In this document: piece after piece, positions 29,407-38,798 of the stretch
How the letters are laid out: each line of letters begins with the position of its first letter
Position numbering within the stretch: position 1 is the first letter of the stretch
NCBI GenBank assembly: GCA_029258725.1
Contig: JAPDKE010000003.1
Coordinates: forward strand, 22,538-86,537
Source of the DNA: a bacterium
GTDB taxonomy: Bacteria; Hydrothermota; UBA3072; JAPDKE01
DNA length: 64,000 nt
Direction of reading: 5' to 3'
Program-made: the position numbers and the translations under genes
The notes under the pieces: generated by a model
The model's input: only the letters and a program-made list of their open reading frames with translations
What the model was told of the DNA's origin: nothing
Databases searched by the model: none

Positions 29407-32400
29407 ATGAATGCTGGATGGCTCATCCTTCAGGATATAAAAGGATTCACTCCTCTTTCTGAAAGACTCGCAGAAAAAGGGACAGAGGGAACTGAAGAAT
29501 TAACCACATTTTTAAACGGATTCTTCACCTCGGCGGAGGAAAGGATAGGAGAACTCGGAGGAAGAATAATAAAACTTGCAGGAGATGCATACTTTGCAGT
29601 CCTTCCTCCGGATATAAAGAAAAAAGAAATAGAACTTGCAGGAAAATACCTGACAGAACTTGACATCCTCAAATCCCTGGGAACGGAATCCAGGTTCATA
29701 GGAATAAAAACCGGGTTTGAGATTCTTGAGGTCCCCCTCACCCAGGGAGAGGTGGATGTGGTTCCATGGGGAGAGGGGGTGGAAAGATTGATGAAACTGG
29801 AGGATGAGACCGAGAGGGGGGTTATAGTGGTTGAGGAACCCGCTGAGGGAAAACCATTTACAGGAAAGGATAAAAAACTACCTTCCATCTCTCCATCCCA
29901 TCGCCCGGCGGTTGCCCTTTTCCTGAATTTTCTCCCCGGAGATAAAAAAGAATTCCTGGAGATTGCAGGAAAAATATCGGAAAAACTCCCCACGGTATGG
30001 CTTACCAAATGGATTCCATATACGAAGGGAATAATGGGACTTTTCCTCTTCGGATTTCCTCATGCAAGCGGAAGGGAGATGGACCAGGCAGTGGAGGTTG
30101 CCCATACCCTCTCCGGTATCCTTCCTGAGGGAAGATGGTGCATTGGAATATCTCAGGGTCTTGTTTACAGTGGAGTTGCTGGAGGAAAGAAATTCAGGGA
30201 ATACACATTCCTTGGAGACGCCGTGAATACCGCTGCAAGGCTTTCATGTGCAGGAAGGGGAGAAATCTTAATCCCCGAAGAGAATCTCAATCAGATAAAG
30301 GCAAACTGGAATTTTGAAAAGAAAGGAGAAATATCCCTTAAAGGGAAAAAGAAACCCGTGAGAATTTACAAACTCTCGGGCAAAAAAGAAACGGGAATTC
30401 AACTCATTCTTTATCCACTTGTTGGAAGGGAAAGGGAATTGAGATTTATTGAAAAGGCAATAAGGGAAAAGAAAAAAATTGTGCTTATGGGAGAACCGGG
30501 GCTTGGAAAAACACGCCTTCTTTTTGAGGCAGGAGAAATGGCAAAGGGAAATGGATACAGGGTGCTCCTGTCCTTTTCCTCACCAAATCGTATACCATTT
30601 TCTCTCCTCCGCTCCCTTATTGAATCCCTCCCACCCGGTCTTTCCGCCTCTTATTCAGGACTTATAGGTTTTTTTGAGGGAAAAAATCCGGGAATGCTCC
30701 TTGAGGATGCACTCAGGGATTTTTCCTCCATGCTCTCCGGTATCCTTCCCTTTGCCCTGCTCATTGATGACCTCCAGTGGGCTGATGCAGTCTCCCTGAA
30801 ATTCCTGGAACATCTTATCAAAGGGTTTGAAATCCCGGTGATTGCATCCTCAAGAAAGGAAAACACGGAAATTCCGGAAAAACTGGGAATGGAGGTGATG
30901 GAAATTTCTCCCTTTGGGAGGGATGAGACAGAAAAATTCTCATGCGGGATTCTCGGAGGAAAACCCTCATCCTCTCTGGTTGATTACATCATGGAAAATA
31001 CCGGAGGTGTTCCATTCTTCATAGAGCAGGTTCTGCTTGACATGAAGGAGAGGGGAATGGTTGAAGTGAAGGATGAAAAATGGGAAATAAAGGAAAAGAA
31101 GGAAAATCTACCTGATTCCGTATTCTCCTCCATCCTTTCAAGATTTGACAGGTTTGACCGGATTTCAAAAAGGATACTGGAATATCTCTCCTGCATGGGG
31201 AATGAGGTGAAAAGGGAGAAGATAATTCATGTTCTCCCATCCACCTGGTGGAAAAAACTTGAGGCACTCAATCGGGAAGGGTTTATTCTCAAAGAGGAGG
31301 AGATATACTTTTTCAAGCACGCCCTGGTAAGGGAGACCATTTACCACTCCCTTCTTCACCGTAGAAGAAAGGAACTTCACCACAGGATTGCCTCTGCCCT
31401 TGAAAAGCATGGATACACCCCCTATGAAATCGCCTACCACTACGAACTTGCAGGAATGAGAAGAAAGGCAGAGGAGAACTATCTTTCTGCCTATGAGGAA
31501 TTTCTGGAAAAGGGGCTGGTGGATGAGGCAGAGGAGATTAAAAAGAAGGTGAAAGCAAAGACACTCAAGGACTACATGGAGGCATTTTATCTGTTTGAAT
31601 CGGGAAAATATGCAGAGGCAGAGAAAATTGCAAAAAATGTGGCTAAGAAAGCAAGGGGAAGATTTAAAATAAAGACCCATCTCCTGCTTGCCGAGATTTA
31701 CGACCTCTGGCTCAGATATGACGAAATGAGAAAATCACTCGAAATGGCTGAAAAACTGGATAAAAAAGGAGAGTTCCGCCTCTCACTCTATAACCACCTG
31801 GGAATATACTACGACAATCTTGGAAGACACAGAGAAGCCCTGAGATACTACCGCAGGACACTTGAACTTGCCAGGAGAAAGAAAACTCCTGATATTGATG
31901 TCCATTACTTCAACTTAGGATGGATTCACTTTAAAGAAGGAAGACTGAAACTTGCATACCGGTATTTCACAAACTCACTGAGAACCGCAGGAGAGAACAG
32001 AAGAACCCAGGGATGGTGCTATCTCAGGCTCGGGCAGATATATCATGTCTGGAAAGACTACGAAAAGAGTGAAAGGTATCTTGAGGAGGCACTCAGAGCA
32101 TTTACGGAAACATCATTCCCCTACGGAAAATACCTGGTTCACGGTGCACTTGCAAGAATCTATATGCTGAGGGGGATGAAGGAAAAGGCAAGGGAACACG
32201 CATTCAAAGCAGATTCCCTGTCTCTTGAAATCTACGGGCACCACGAGCCCGAAACATTCCTTATTCTTCTCTTTTCAGGATTCATAAAAGATGCAGTGAA
32301 ATTTATCAATCAGGAAAAATTCCCGGAGAATTTCAGGGGTCATCTTCTTCCCTTCCTTTTGCTTGAGCAGGGGAAAATAGAATGTTTGAAAAGGGAAAAA

Positions 32401-32634
32401 ACCGACAATCCCTTTCAAAAACTTGCATTTTACTACCTCAACCATATTTTGCCTGAAAAGGAGTCCGAAGAGACAAGGGAACTTTTACTGGCAATGTTTG
32501 AGAGAAAGAAGAGGAAGATTAAGAGAAAGGTCCGGAAATTCTCACGCAAGATTGGATTTCCATTCACCTATGCCCTTTACAGATTCACAGAGAAACTCCT
32601 TCAACTGCATCAGCAAACATTCGCTTCCCGGTGA
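29407..32634 (+). CDS. tandem class-III nucleotidyl-cyclase domains, then a STAND/AAA_16 NTPase, then a TPR array (1,075 aa)
   Basis: Cyclase domain 1 (aa 1-140) keeps the metal Asp residues (LQDIKGFT ... KLAGDAYFAV) but has E/K in place of the transition-state Asn/Arg. Domain 2 (aa ~170-330) lacks the Asps (FLNFLPGD, KGIMGLFLFGFP) but keeps GDAVNTAARL (Asn/Arg). Then come Walker A LMGEPGLGKTRLL, Walker B LLIDDLQWAD, GGVPFFIEQV, and multiple TPR-like repeats to the C-terminus. There is no HTH. Confidence 0.8.
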   Translation: MNAGWLILQDIKGFTPLSERLAEKGTEGTEELTTFLNGFFTSAEERIGELGGRIIKLAGDAYFAVLPPDIKKKEIELAGKYLTELDILKSLGTESRFIGIKTGFEILEVPLTQGEVDVVPWGEGVERLMKLEDETERGVIVVEEPAEGKPFTGKDKKLPSISPSHRPAVALFLNFLPGDKKEFLEIAGKISEKLPTVWLTKWIPYTKGIMGLFLFGFPHASGREMDQAVEVAHTLSGILPEGRWCIGISQGLVYSGVAGGKKFREYTFLGDAVNTAARLSCAGRGEILIPEENLNQIKANWNFEKKGEISLKGKKKPVRIYKLSGKKETGIQLILYPLVGRERELRFIEKAIREKKKIVLMGEPGLGKTRLLFEAGEMAKGNGYRVLLSFSSPNRIPFSLLRSLIESLPPGLSASYSGLIGFFEGKNPGMLLEDALRDFSSMLSGILPFALLIDDLQWADAVSLKFLEHLIKGFEIPVIASSRKENTEIPEKLGMEVMEISPFGRDETEKFSCGILGGKPSSSLVDYIMENTGGVPFFIEQVLLDMKERGMVEVKDEKWEIKEKKENLPDSVFSSILSRFDRFDRISKRILEYLSCMGNEVKREKIIHVLPSTWWKKLEALNREGFILKEEEIYFFKHALVRETIYHSLLHRRRKELHHRIASALEKHGYTPYEIAYHYELAGMRRKAEENYLSAYEEFLEKGLVDEAEEIKKKVKAKTLKDYMEAFYLFESGKYAEAEKIAKNVAKKARGRFKIKTHLLLAEIYDLWLRYDEMRKSLEMAEKLDKKGEFRLSLYNHLGIYYDNLGRHREALRYYRRTLELARRKKTPDIDVHYFNLGWIHFKEGRLKLAYRYFTNSLRTAGENRRTQGWCYLRLGQIYHVWKDYEKSERYLEEALRAFTETSFPYGKYLVHGALARIYMLRGMKEKAREHAFKADSLSLEIYGHHEPETFLILLFSGFIKDAVKFINQEKFPENFRGHLLPFLLLEQGKIECLKREKTDNPFQKLAFYYLNHILPEKESEETRELLLAMFERKKRKIKRKVRKFSRKIGFPFTYALYRFTEKLLQLHQQTFASR

Positions 32635-33211
32635 GCAACTCCCTTAAAATTCCCTTCTCCCTTGCAAATGGAATTCCGACTATTTTTCCATTTAAAAATT
32701 CAACATCAAGACGCCTTTCAAAAACCGTAAAATCGCCACAGATTCCTGCAAGGATGAGTTTTCCTATCTCAACAGCCTCTTTCAATGGATACTTTCCATA
32801 CTTCATGGGATGGAGATTTCCGGGTTTTATTTCAGGAGGAGAAAGGGTGAAGTGAAGACCTATATCGTCAAGGAGAAGATAACGGTTTGTGGTTCCAAAT
32901 GCAGGAATCCAGACCTTTACTTTTTTCTCTTTTAAAGCATTGAAAAGAAAGGGGGCGGTCTCCTTGAAGAATGCCTCAACCTCCTCTCTCTTCTCTTTTG
33001 CCTTTATAGAATACTCAATCCACCAGAAAGGAAGATAGACAAAGGGCTTTTCCCGGGAGGAAGCATAAACAACCTCCATCTCCCTCCACTCTCCCTTCTC
33101 CACCTCAAATCCCTTCCCACAGGAAGGGCAGAAGTAAACATTCTCCCTCTCCCCGGCAGGGATTTTCTCATAACATGCCGGACACCTTAAAGGAACAAGT
33201 TTTATCTCCAT
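32585..33211 (-). CDS. zinc-ribbon protein (no TM), last gene of the SPFH operon
   Basis: N-terminus CPACYEKIPAGERENVYFCPSCGKGF (CxxC...CxxC). It is a paralog of the two upstream genes. Its 3' end overlaps the convergent cyclase-STAND gene by 50 nt. Confidence 0.5.
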   Translation of the reverse strand: MEIKLVPLRCPACYEKIPAGERENVYFCPSCGKGFEVEKGEWREMEVVYASSREKPFVYLPFWWIEYSIKAKEKREEVEAFFKETAPFLFNALKEKKVKVWIPAFGTTNRYLLLDDIGLHFTLSPPEIKPGNLHPMKYGKYPLKEAVEIGKLILAGICGDFTVFERRLDVEFLNGKIVGIPFAREKGILRELLTGKRMFADAVEGVSL

Positions 33212-34053
33212 GGCTTCAGGAGTAAAAAGAATACACCAAGCATTATCAGCCCTGCAACTCTGGACATTGCAGATATAAGAGCAAGAACACCAAGGAAAAG
33301 AGGAACCATGGAAAACTCTCTTTTCTTCTCTTTCCTCTCCACCCTCAAAAGCACCTTCTTCTTCACCGCATCTATGGTTAAAATGCCTTTCTTATACCTC
33401 ACAAACACAAGAGGATAGTAAAATATGGATATTCGGGGAAGAACAGGAACAAGGTGGTATTTGATGGATGTATAATCCCGGTAAAGTCTCAGGATTTTTC
33501 TCTTCATTTTCTCTATTCCCTCCTTCCTGTAGTACTCAGGAGGGAATGGAATGTCCATCACCTTTCCGTATCTGTGAACTTCCTCATCATCGTATTCAAG
33601 AAACCTCACTCCCTCCAGGTCTATTCTTTCAAGCCCGGGTGGAAAGTTTCCCGTTGGAAATATCCTCTCCCTTCTCAGGAAGTTTACCCTCTTTTTCAAG
33701 GTCTCAAAGGCAGGCAAGAATAAAGGGGGTTCCTCATACACACCACGAACTCCGGAGAGTTCCCTCTTCTCAATCCTGTATCCCCATACAAAACCAAATA
33801 TCTCTGATTCAACCTCCACCACCGGAACGAAAATAAGGTCCATATCGAGTATTTCATCCCCACAGAGAGAACGAATCCACAACTTTTCTATTTTTTGAGG
33901 CCTTGCATAATACCTCGGTGCACCGGTAAGTCTGGAAAGAACAAAACCTGAACCACAGTATGAGCATACAATATTTTTGACCCCTTCCCTTACATCAATC
34001 TCACCTCCACAGTTCGGGCACCTGAACCCTATGAGCGCCATATCCTCCTCCAC
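33202..34053 (-). CDS. zinc-ribbon protein with C-terminal transmembrane anchor
   Basis: FRCPNCGGEIDVREGVKNIVCSYCGSGF at the N-terminus. The C-terminus has the hydrophobic segment MVPLFLGVLALISAMSRVAGLIMLGVFFLLL. Confidence 0.5.
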   Translation of the reverse strand: MEEDMALIGFRCPNCGGEIDVREGVKNIVCSYCGSGFVLSRLTGAPRYYARPQKIEKLWIRSLCGDEILDMDLIFVPVVEVESEIFGFVWGYRIEKRELSGVRGVYEEPPLFLPAFETLKKRVNFLRRERIFPTGNFPPGLERIDLEGVRFLEYDDEEVHRYGKVMDIPFPPEYYRKEGIEKMKRKILRLYRDYTSIKYHLVPVLPRISIFYYPLVFVRYKKGILTIDAVKKKVLLRVERKEKKREFSMVPLFLGVLALISAMSRVAGLIMLGVFFLLLKPWR

Positions 34054-34622
34054 AGGAAATAAAAGGGAATGGTGATAAGATTAAAGGGGAAGGGAACAAC
34101 CAGGGTGAGCACTCCCAGACCAAGAAACGCATAATGTTCACGGGTATCCTCTCTTTTTTCATCAACTTTTTCATAGAACATTCTTCCTGTAACTCCATCC
34201 ATCAGGATACCGGAGGATGAGAGGTAAAAGGGAGAGTAAACTATGAGGCATGAATCAAACTCCTTCATGCCGGAAAGAGACTGAGCCTCTTCCAGTCCCT
34301 TTTCTGGTGGAGGTAATGGAAATTCAGGAGATACCCTGTCCCCCTGAGGGATAAAACTTCTCAATGCAGGTTCATCATGTCCGGGAACATAAACGGTTCT
34401 TTCACCCTTTGAGAAACGATAGAAGGGATAGTATCTCGTTTCCACTTTCTCCCCAAGAACCTTTTCCGCAACCCCTTTTTCTATAACCGGAAGAATAACC
34501 TCTGTAAGAACAAGCCCCTTCGGGTCGTAAAGGAAAGACCTTCCACAGAAATCACATTTTACCGTCCTTTCCTGGGAAAGTATCTCAAGTTCTGCCCCGC
34601 ATCCGGGGCATTTCACCCTCAT
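34029..34622 (-). CDS. zinc-ribbon protein with C-terminal transmembrane anchor
   Basis: VKCPGCGAELEILSQERTVKCDFCGRSF at the N-terminus. The C-terminus has AFLGLGVLTLVVPFPFNLITIPFYFLW. Confidence 0.5.
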   Translation of the reverse strand: MRVKCPGCGAELEILSQERTVKCDFCGRSFLYDPKGLVLTEVILPVIEKGVAEKVLGEKVETRYYPFYRFSKGERTVYVPGHDEPALRSFIPQGDRVSPEFPLPPPEKGLEEAQSLSGMKEFDSCLIVYSPFYLSSSGILMDGVTGRMFYEKVDEKREDTREHYAFLGLGVLTLVVPFPFNLITIPFYFLWRRIWRS

Positions 34623-35629
34623 TTCAGTTTTGTTCCACAGTTAGGGCAGAAGTTTGCATCAGGTGGAACGGGTTTTCCACACTGAGGACAGAATGCCCCT
34701 CCAAGCCTCCTTCCACAGGATGGGCAGAAATTTGCACCGGATGGGACAGGGCTTCCGCAGTGCGGACACTTTTCCTTGCTCTCCTGCATGCTCTCCTTCA
34801 ACATTCCCGGAATCATCATGCCCATCCCTATTCCTGCACCCATTCCAACACCTGCTCCTGCCGCTCCCCCCTCCTGCTGTGCTGCCTCTCTCATTGCCTT
34901 CGCTGCCTGAAAGCGCGTGAAGTCTCCCAGGTCACCAACAGCCCTCATTCCGCTCCTCTCATCCATCATCTTCTCAACCTCGGGTGGAGGGGTTATGGAC
35001 TTTATGTAAAAGTCAACAAGTTCAACCCCGTATTTTCTGAAGTCGTCAGAGATTCTCGCCTTTGCACCCATTGAGAGTTCATCGTAGTTTGCAGGAAGGT
35101 CAAAGATTGAGGTATAATTCTCACCCAGAAAGTCTGTGAGCCTTGAAATTATCACATTTCTGAAGAATTCCTCTATATCCTTCCTTTCAAGCAATCGCTG
35201 TGTCCCGACAATTGTGTTGACAAAGAGTTGAGGGTCATCCACCCTGTAACTGTAAATCCCGTGAGCCCTTATTCGCAGCATATCAAGTTCCCTGTCTCTG
35301 AAGGGTATGGGTTCGGTTGTTCCCCACTTTGCATCCGTGAAGACCTTCCGGTTAACAAAGTAAACCTCGACCCTGAATGGACTCTTTCCATCAAATGCAA
35401 GTCCAAGGAGGTTTTTGAGGAGAGGGATGTTCATGGTGGTTAAGGTATGCCTTCCAGGACCAAAGACATCAAGAGCCCTTCCATCCCTGAAGATAACCGC
35501 ACTCTGGTTTTCCCTTACCACTATCTGGCTTCCCACCGCCATCTCCCCCGACCCCTGCTCAGGAACCCTGTGAACTATCTCATTTCCCTCATCATCAAGC
35601 CATTCAACGACTTCAAGAAATACTGCCAT
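34619..35629 (-). CDS. SPFH/band-7 domain protein of the COG4260 family ('virion core protein'-like, YdjI-like) with triple C-terminal zinc ribbons
   Basis: The SPFH-like core (QSAVIFRDGRALDVFGPGRHTL...FRVEVYFVNRKVF..WGT) is followed by a Gly/Met-rich linker and CPHCGSPVPSGANFCPSCGRRLGGAFCPQCGKPVPPDANFCPNCG. Confidence 0.7.
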   Translation of the reverse strand: MAVFLEVVEWLDDEGNEIVHRVPEQGSGEMAVGSQIVVRENQSAVIFRDGRALDVFGPGRHTLTTMNIPLLKNLLGLAFDGKSPFRVEVYFVNRKVFTDAKWGTTEPIPFRDRELDMLRIRAHGIYSYRVDDPQLFVNTIVGTQRLLERKDIEEFFRNVIISRLTDFLGENYTSIFDLPANYDELSMGAKARISDDFRKYGVELVDFYIKSITPPPEVEKMMDERSGMRAVGDLGDFTRFQAAKAMREAAQQEGGAAGAGVGMGAGIGMGMMIPGMLKESMQESKEKCPHCGSPVPSGANFCPSCGRRLGGAFCPQCGKPVPPDANFCPNCGTKLK

Positions 35630-36059
35630 GTATTACCCCCTTTCTTTCATCAAGTATTTTCCATCCTCTCTCTATTGCCTCTTCCATTTCCACGGTTTCT
35701 TCCAGTTCGTGGAGACCGCATGCCCAGTTAAGGAGTTCCAGGTCCTTTTCAAGCAGTTTCTCCAGTTCTTCCTCCCCTGTTCCTTTCTTTGCAAAAAATC
35801 CGGTGTATCCGTAGGGTGCGTATCTTATACTGTCCTTGAGGTGCAGAATCCTTTTGGATATCTCATTTATCTTCCCAAGTTCCGAAAAAGGCTTCCCCTT
35901 TGCAAGTTCCATGAGTTTTCTCTCAAACGCCTCAATCTCTGAAACAACTTTTTCCCTCAATTCTCTCTCCATTTCCCTTATTGCCTCCTTCCGGTAATAC
36001 TCACCGAAAAGGGGAACCCTCTCTGCAATTTTTCCAATTATTTCTTCAACCCTCATCAT
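35613..36059 (-). CDS. hypothetical coiled-coil protein, first gene of the SPFH operon
   Basis: 148 aa, K/E-rich and helical; no family recognised. It overlaps the SPFH gene by 17 nt. Confidence 0.4.
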   Translation of the reverse strand: MMRVEEIIGKIAERVPLFGEYYRKEAIREMERELREKVVSEIEAFERKLMELAKGKPFSELGKINEISKRILHLKDSIRYAPYGYTGFFAKKGTGEEELEKLLEKDLELLNWACGLHELEETVEMEEAIERGWKILDERKGVIHGSIS

Positions 36060-36237
36060 CTCCTCCTTTTCTCAAAATATAAGCACGGAACAGCATTCTG
36101 TCAAATTGTTTTTCAGGAAATTGTGTGCCGGGAGAATCTGTCCCGTGCTCTTCCTTTCTCATCAACACATACCATGAACAAACTCGTACATCCTGGCATA
36201 CACCTCACACCCTTTACACAGAGAATTGATTTTTGTA

Positions 36238-36266
36238 TTGAATTTTTAGGGAAAAAATGGTATAAT
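36238..36266 (+). promoter_or_regulatory. sigma70 promoter for the citrate synthase operon
   Basis: TTGAAT, 17 nt spacer, TATAAT, about 120 nt upstream of the ATG at 36388. Confidence 0.4.
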
Positions 36267-36387
36267 TATTGTGGGAGGTTATCCATGCGCTCCGTGAGCA
36301 TTGGGCATGCAAATCCAATGAATATTTTTGAGGTTACGGGATTCCTGACCTATGTAGAAAAAATAACCTTCAAAAAAGGAGGAAAAG

Positions 36388-37551
36388 ATGGGATTTTTAA
36401 CAACCACCACCACAGAGCACAAGTATTCTCCCGGTCTTGAGGGTGTTATCGCAGCCATAAGTGGAATAAGCGCAATTGATGGAGAAGAAGGAAAGCTCAT
36501 CTATCGGGGGATTCCCATCGAGGTTCTTGCAAAAAACTCCACATTTGAAGAGACTGCATATTTGCTTCTCTTTTCAGACCTTCCAACCCAGGACGAGCTT
36601 GAAAACTTCAAAATGGACCTGGTTGAACACCGTGAATTACCGGAAAATCTCCTGGACATTTTAAACTCCCTTCCCAGAGACTCCCATCCAATGGAAGTTC
36701 TGAGAACGTCGGTATCCTTCCTCGGGCATTTCTGTCCTGATAAGGATAAGGATTCAAGGGGAGCAAATATAAGAAAGGCACTGAGAATCATAGCGAAGAT
36801 TCCAGGGATTATAGCCGCATGGGCGAGAATAAGAGAAGGAAAGAACGTGATTCCCCATAATCCAGATCTTCCTCATGCTGCAAACTTCCTCTACATGCTC
36901 CATGGAGAGAGAAGACCGGAGGATGAGGAGAAGATATTTGACGTGTGTCTGATCCTCCACGCAGACCATGGAATGAATGCCTCCACTTTTGCAGCAATGG
37001 TAACGGCTTCCACTCTTTCTGACATATACTCTGCCATTGTATCTGCAATAGGCACATTAAAGGGACCTCTCCATGGTGGTGCAAATGAGAGGGTGCTTTA
37101 CATGCTCGATGAAATAGGGAGTGTGGATAAGGCTGAGGAGTATGTCCTTGACGCCCTCGCCCACCACCGGAAGATAATGGGATTTGGGCACAGGGTTTAC
37201 AAGAGTTACGACCCGAGGGCAAGGATCCTGAAAGAATACGCAAAGAGTCTCTCTGAGAAGAACAACGATATGAGATATTTTGAAATAGGAGATAAAATAG
37301 AGGAGGTGATGATACGCGAGGTGGGGAAGAAGGGAATATTCCCCAATGTTGATTTCTATTCGGGGATAGTTTACCACTTCCTGGGAATACCTCGCGACCT
37401 CTTTACCCCAATCTTTGCAATGGCAAGGGTTGTGGGTTGGAGTGCGCATGTCCTTGAATACCTCCAGGCGAACCGTATATTCAGACCAAGGGCAATTTAC
37501 AGTGGTCCCATAGACAGGGAGTACATACCCATAGAAAAAAGGAGTGGATAA
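36388..37551 (+). CDS. citrate synthase (short, ~380-aa type)
   Basis: HADHGMNASTF, GPLHGGANE and GFGHRVYK..DPRA catalytic motifs. An AAGGAGG ribosome-binding site is present. Confidence 0.85.
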   Translation: MGFLTTTTTEHKYSPGLEGVIAAISGISAIDGEEGKLIYRGIPIEVLAKNSTFEETAYLLLFSDLPTQDELENFKMDLVEHRELPENLLDILNSLPRDSHPMEVLRTSVSFLGHFCPDKDKDSRGANIRKALRIIAKIPGIIAAWARIREGKNVIPHNPDLPHAANFLYMLHGERRPEDEEKIFDVCLILHADHGMNASTFAAMVTASTLSDIYSAIVSAIGTLKGPLHGGANERVLYMLDEIGSVDKAEEYVLDALAHHRKIMGFGHRVYKSYDPRARILKEYAKSLSEKNNDMRYFEIGDKIEEVMIREVGKKGIFPNVDFYSGIVYHFLGIPRDLFTPIFAMARVVGWSAHVLEYLQANRIFRPRAIYSGPIDREYIPIEKRSG

Positions 37552-38798
37552 TGGGAAAGACGATAACCGAAAAGATATTCTCGGAAAAACTGAAAAGGGA
37601 TGTCAGAGCAGGAGAAATTGTGGTCTCCCCTATCGACCTTGCCTTCGTTCAGGATGGAACAGGTCCTCTCTCCATTGAGGAACTGGAAAAACTCAATATG
37701 GTGAGGGTCTTTGATTCGGGAAAAGTGATTCTATTCATCGACCACGCCTCTCCTTCTCCGAGAAGGGAACTCTCAAACATGCATATAAAACTGAGGGAAT
37801 TTTCAAAAAAAACGGGCTGCATTCTTTCGGATGTGGGATATGGGGTATGTCATGAGGTGGTGGTTGAAGAATACGCATCTCCCGGTGATGTGATAATAGG
37901 TGCGGATTCTCACACATGCACAGCAGGCGCACTTGGAGCCTTTGCAACCGGAATGGGCTCAACCGATGTTGCACTTGGTATGGCGCTTGGAAAACAATGG
38001 TTCAGGGTTCCCGAAACCCTGAGGTTTGTGGTTCAGGGAACCCTTCCCCCCGGAGTTTACTCCAAAGACCTCATCCTGCACATAATAGGTATGATAGGAG
38101 CGGATGGAGCAACCTATAAGGCAATGGAGTTTGAGGGAGAGGCCATTGAAAAACTCTCCATGGAGGCAAGATTTACCCTTACAAACATGGCGGTTGAGGC
38201 AGGTGCAAAGACAGGTCTTATAGCCACTGACGAAAAGACAAGGGAATATCTGAAAAGCATGGGGAGAGAGGAAAAATATCGTGAAATAAAACCTGATGCA
38301 GATGCGGAATATGAAAAAACTTACACCATAGACGCATCATCACTTGAACCTGTTGTTGCATTCCCCCATACAGTGGATAATGTGAAAAGCATAAAGGAAG
38401 CGGAAGGAATAGAGATAGATCAGGTTTACATAGGCACATGCACCAATGGGAGGCTTGAGGATTTGAGAATTGCAGCACAGATACTGCGTGGAAGGGAGGT
38501 GAGGACAAGGCTCATAGTGGTTCCGGCGTCAAGAAAGGTATACCTTGATGCTCTTAAAGAGGGACTTATTGAGATATTCGTCCGCGCAGGGGGCGCAGTG
38601 ATATCTCCTGGATGTGGCCCCTGTGTTGGCATCCATCAGGGTGTTCTTGGGGATAAAGAAAGGGTCCTCTCCACCCAGAACAGAAACTTCAAGGGAAGGA
38701 TGGGAAATCCAGAGGGAGAGATATTTCTTGCATCTCCTGCAACCGCTGCTGCCACTGCACTGGAAGGGAAAATAACAGACCCGAGGAGGTATCTATGA
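37551..38798 (+). CDS. aconitase-family dehydratase large subunit, archaeal-type LeuC/HACN-like (415 aa)
   Basis: Its start overlaps the citrate synthase stop. IDLAFVQDGTGP, GADSHTCTAGALGAFATGMG and GTCTNGRLEDL...SPGCGPCVG are Fe-S-binding motifs of the LeuC/homoaconitase large subunit. Confidence 0.8.
   Translation: MGKTITEKIFSEKLKRDVRAGEIVVSPIDLAFVQDGTGPLSIEELEKLNMVRVFDSGKVILFIDHASPSPRRELSNMHIKLREFSKKTGCILSDVGYGVCHEVVVEEYASPGDVIIGADSHTCTAGALGAFATGMGSTDVALGMALGKQWFRVPETLRFVVQGTLPPGVYSKDLILHIIGMIGADGATYKAMEFEGEAIEKLSMEARFTLTNMAVEAGAKTGLIATDEKTREYLKSMGREEKYREIKPDADAEYEKTYTIDASSLEPVVAFPHTVDNVKSIKEAEGIEIDQVYIGTCTNGRLEDLRIAAQILRGREVRTRLIVVPASRKVYLDALKEGLIEIFVRAGGAVISPGCGPCVGIHQGVLGDKERVLSTQNRNFKGRMGNPEGEIFLASPATAAATALEGKITDPRRYL

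Noticed and set aside
36123-36440. 105-aa plus-strand ORF overlapping the citrate synthase start
   Set aside because: It covers the promoter and 5' UTR of citrate synthase, uses a GTG start, and has no ribosome-binding site or recognisable fold. The true gene start at 36388 has AAGGAGG.
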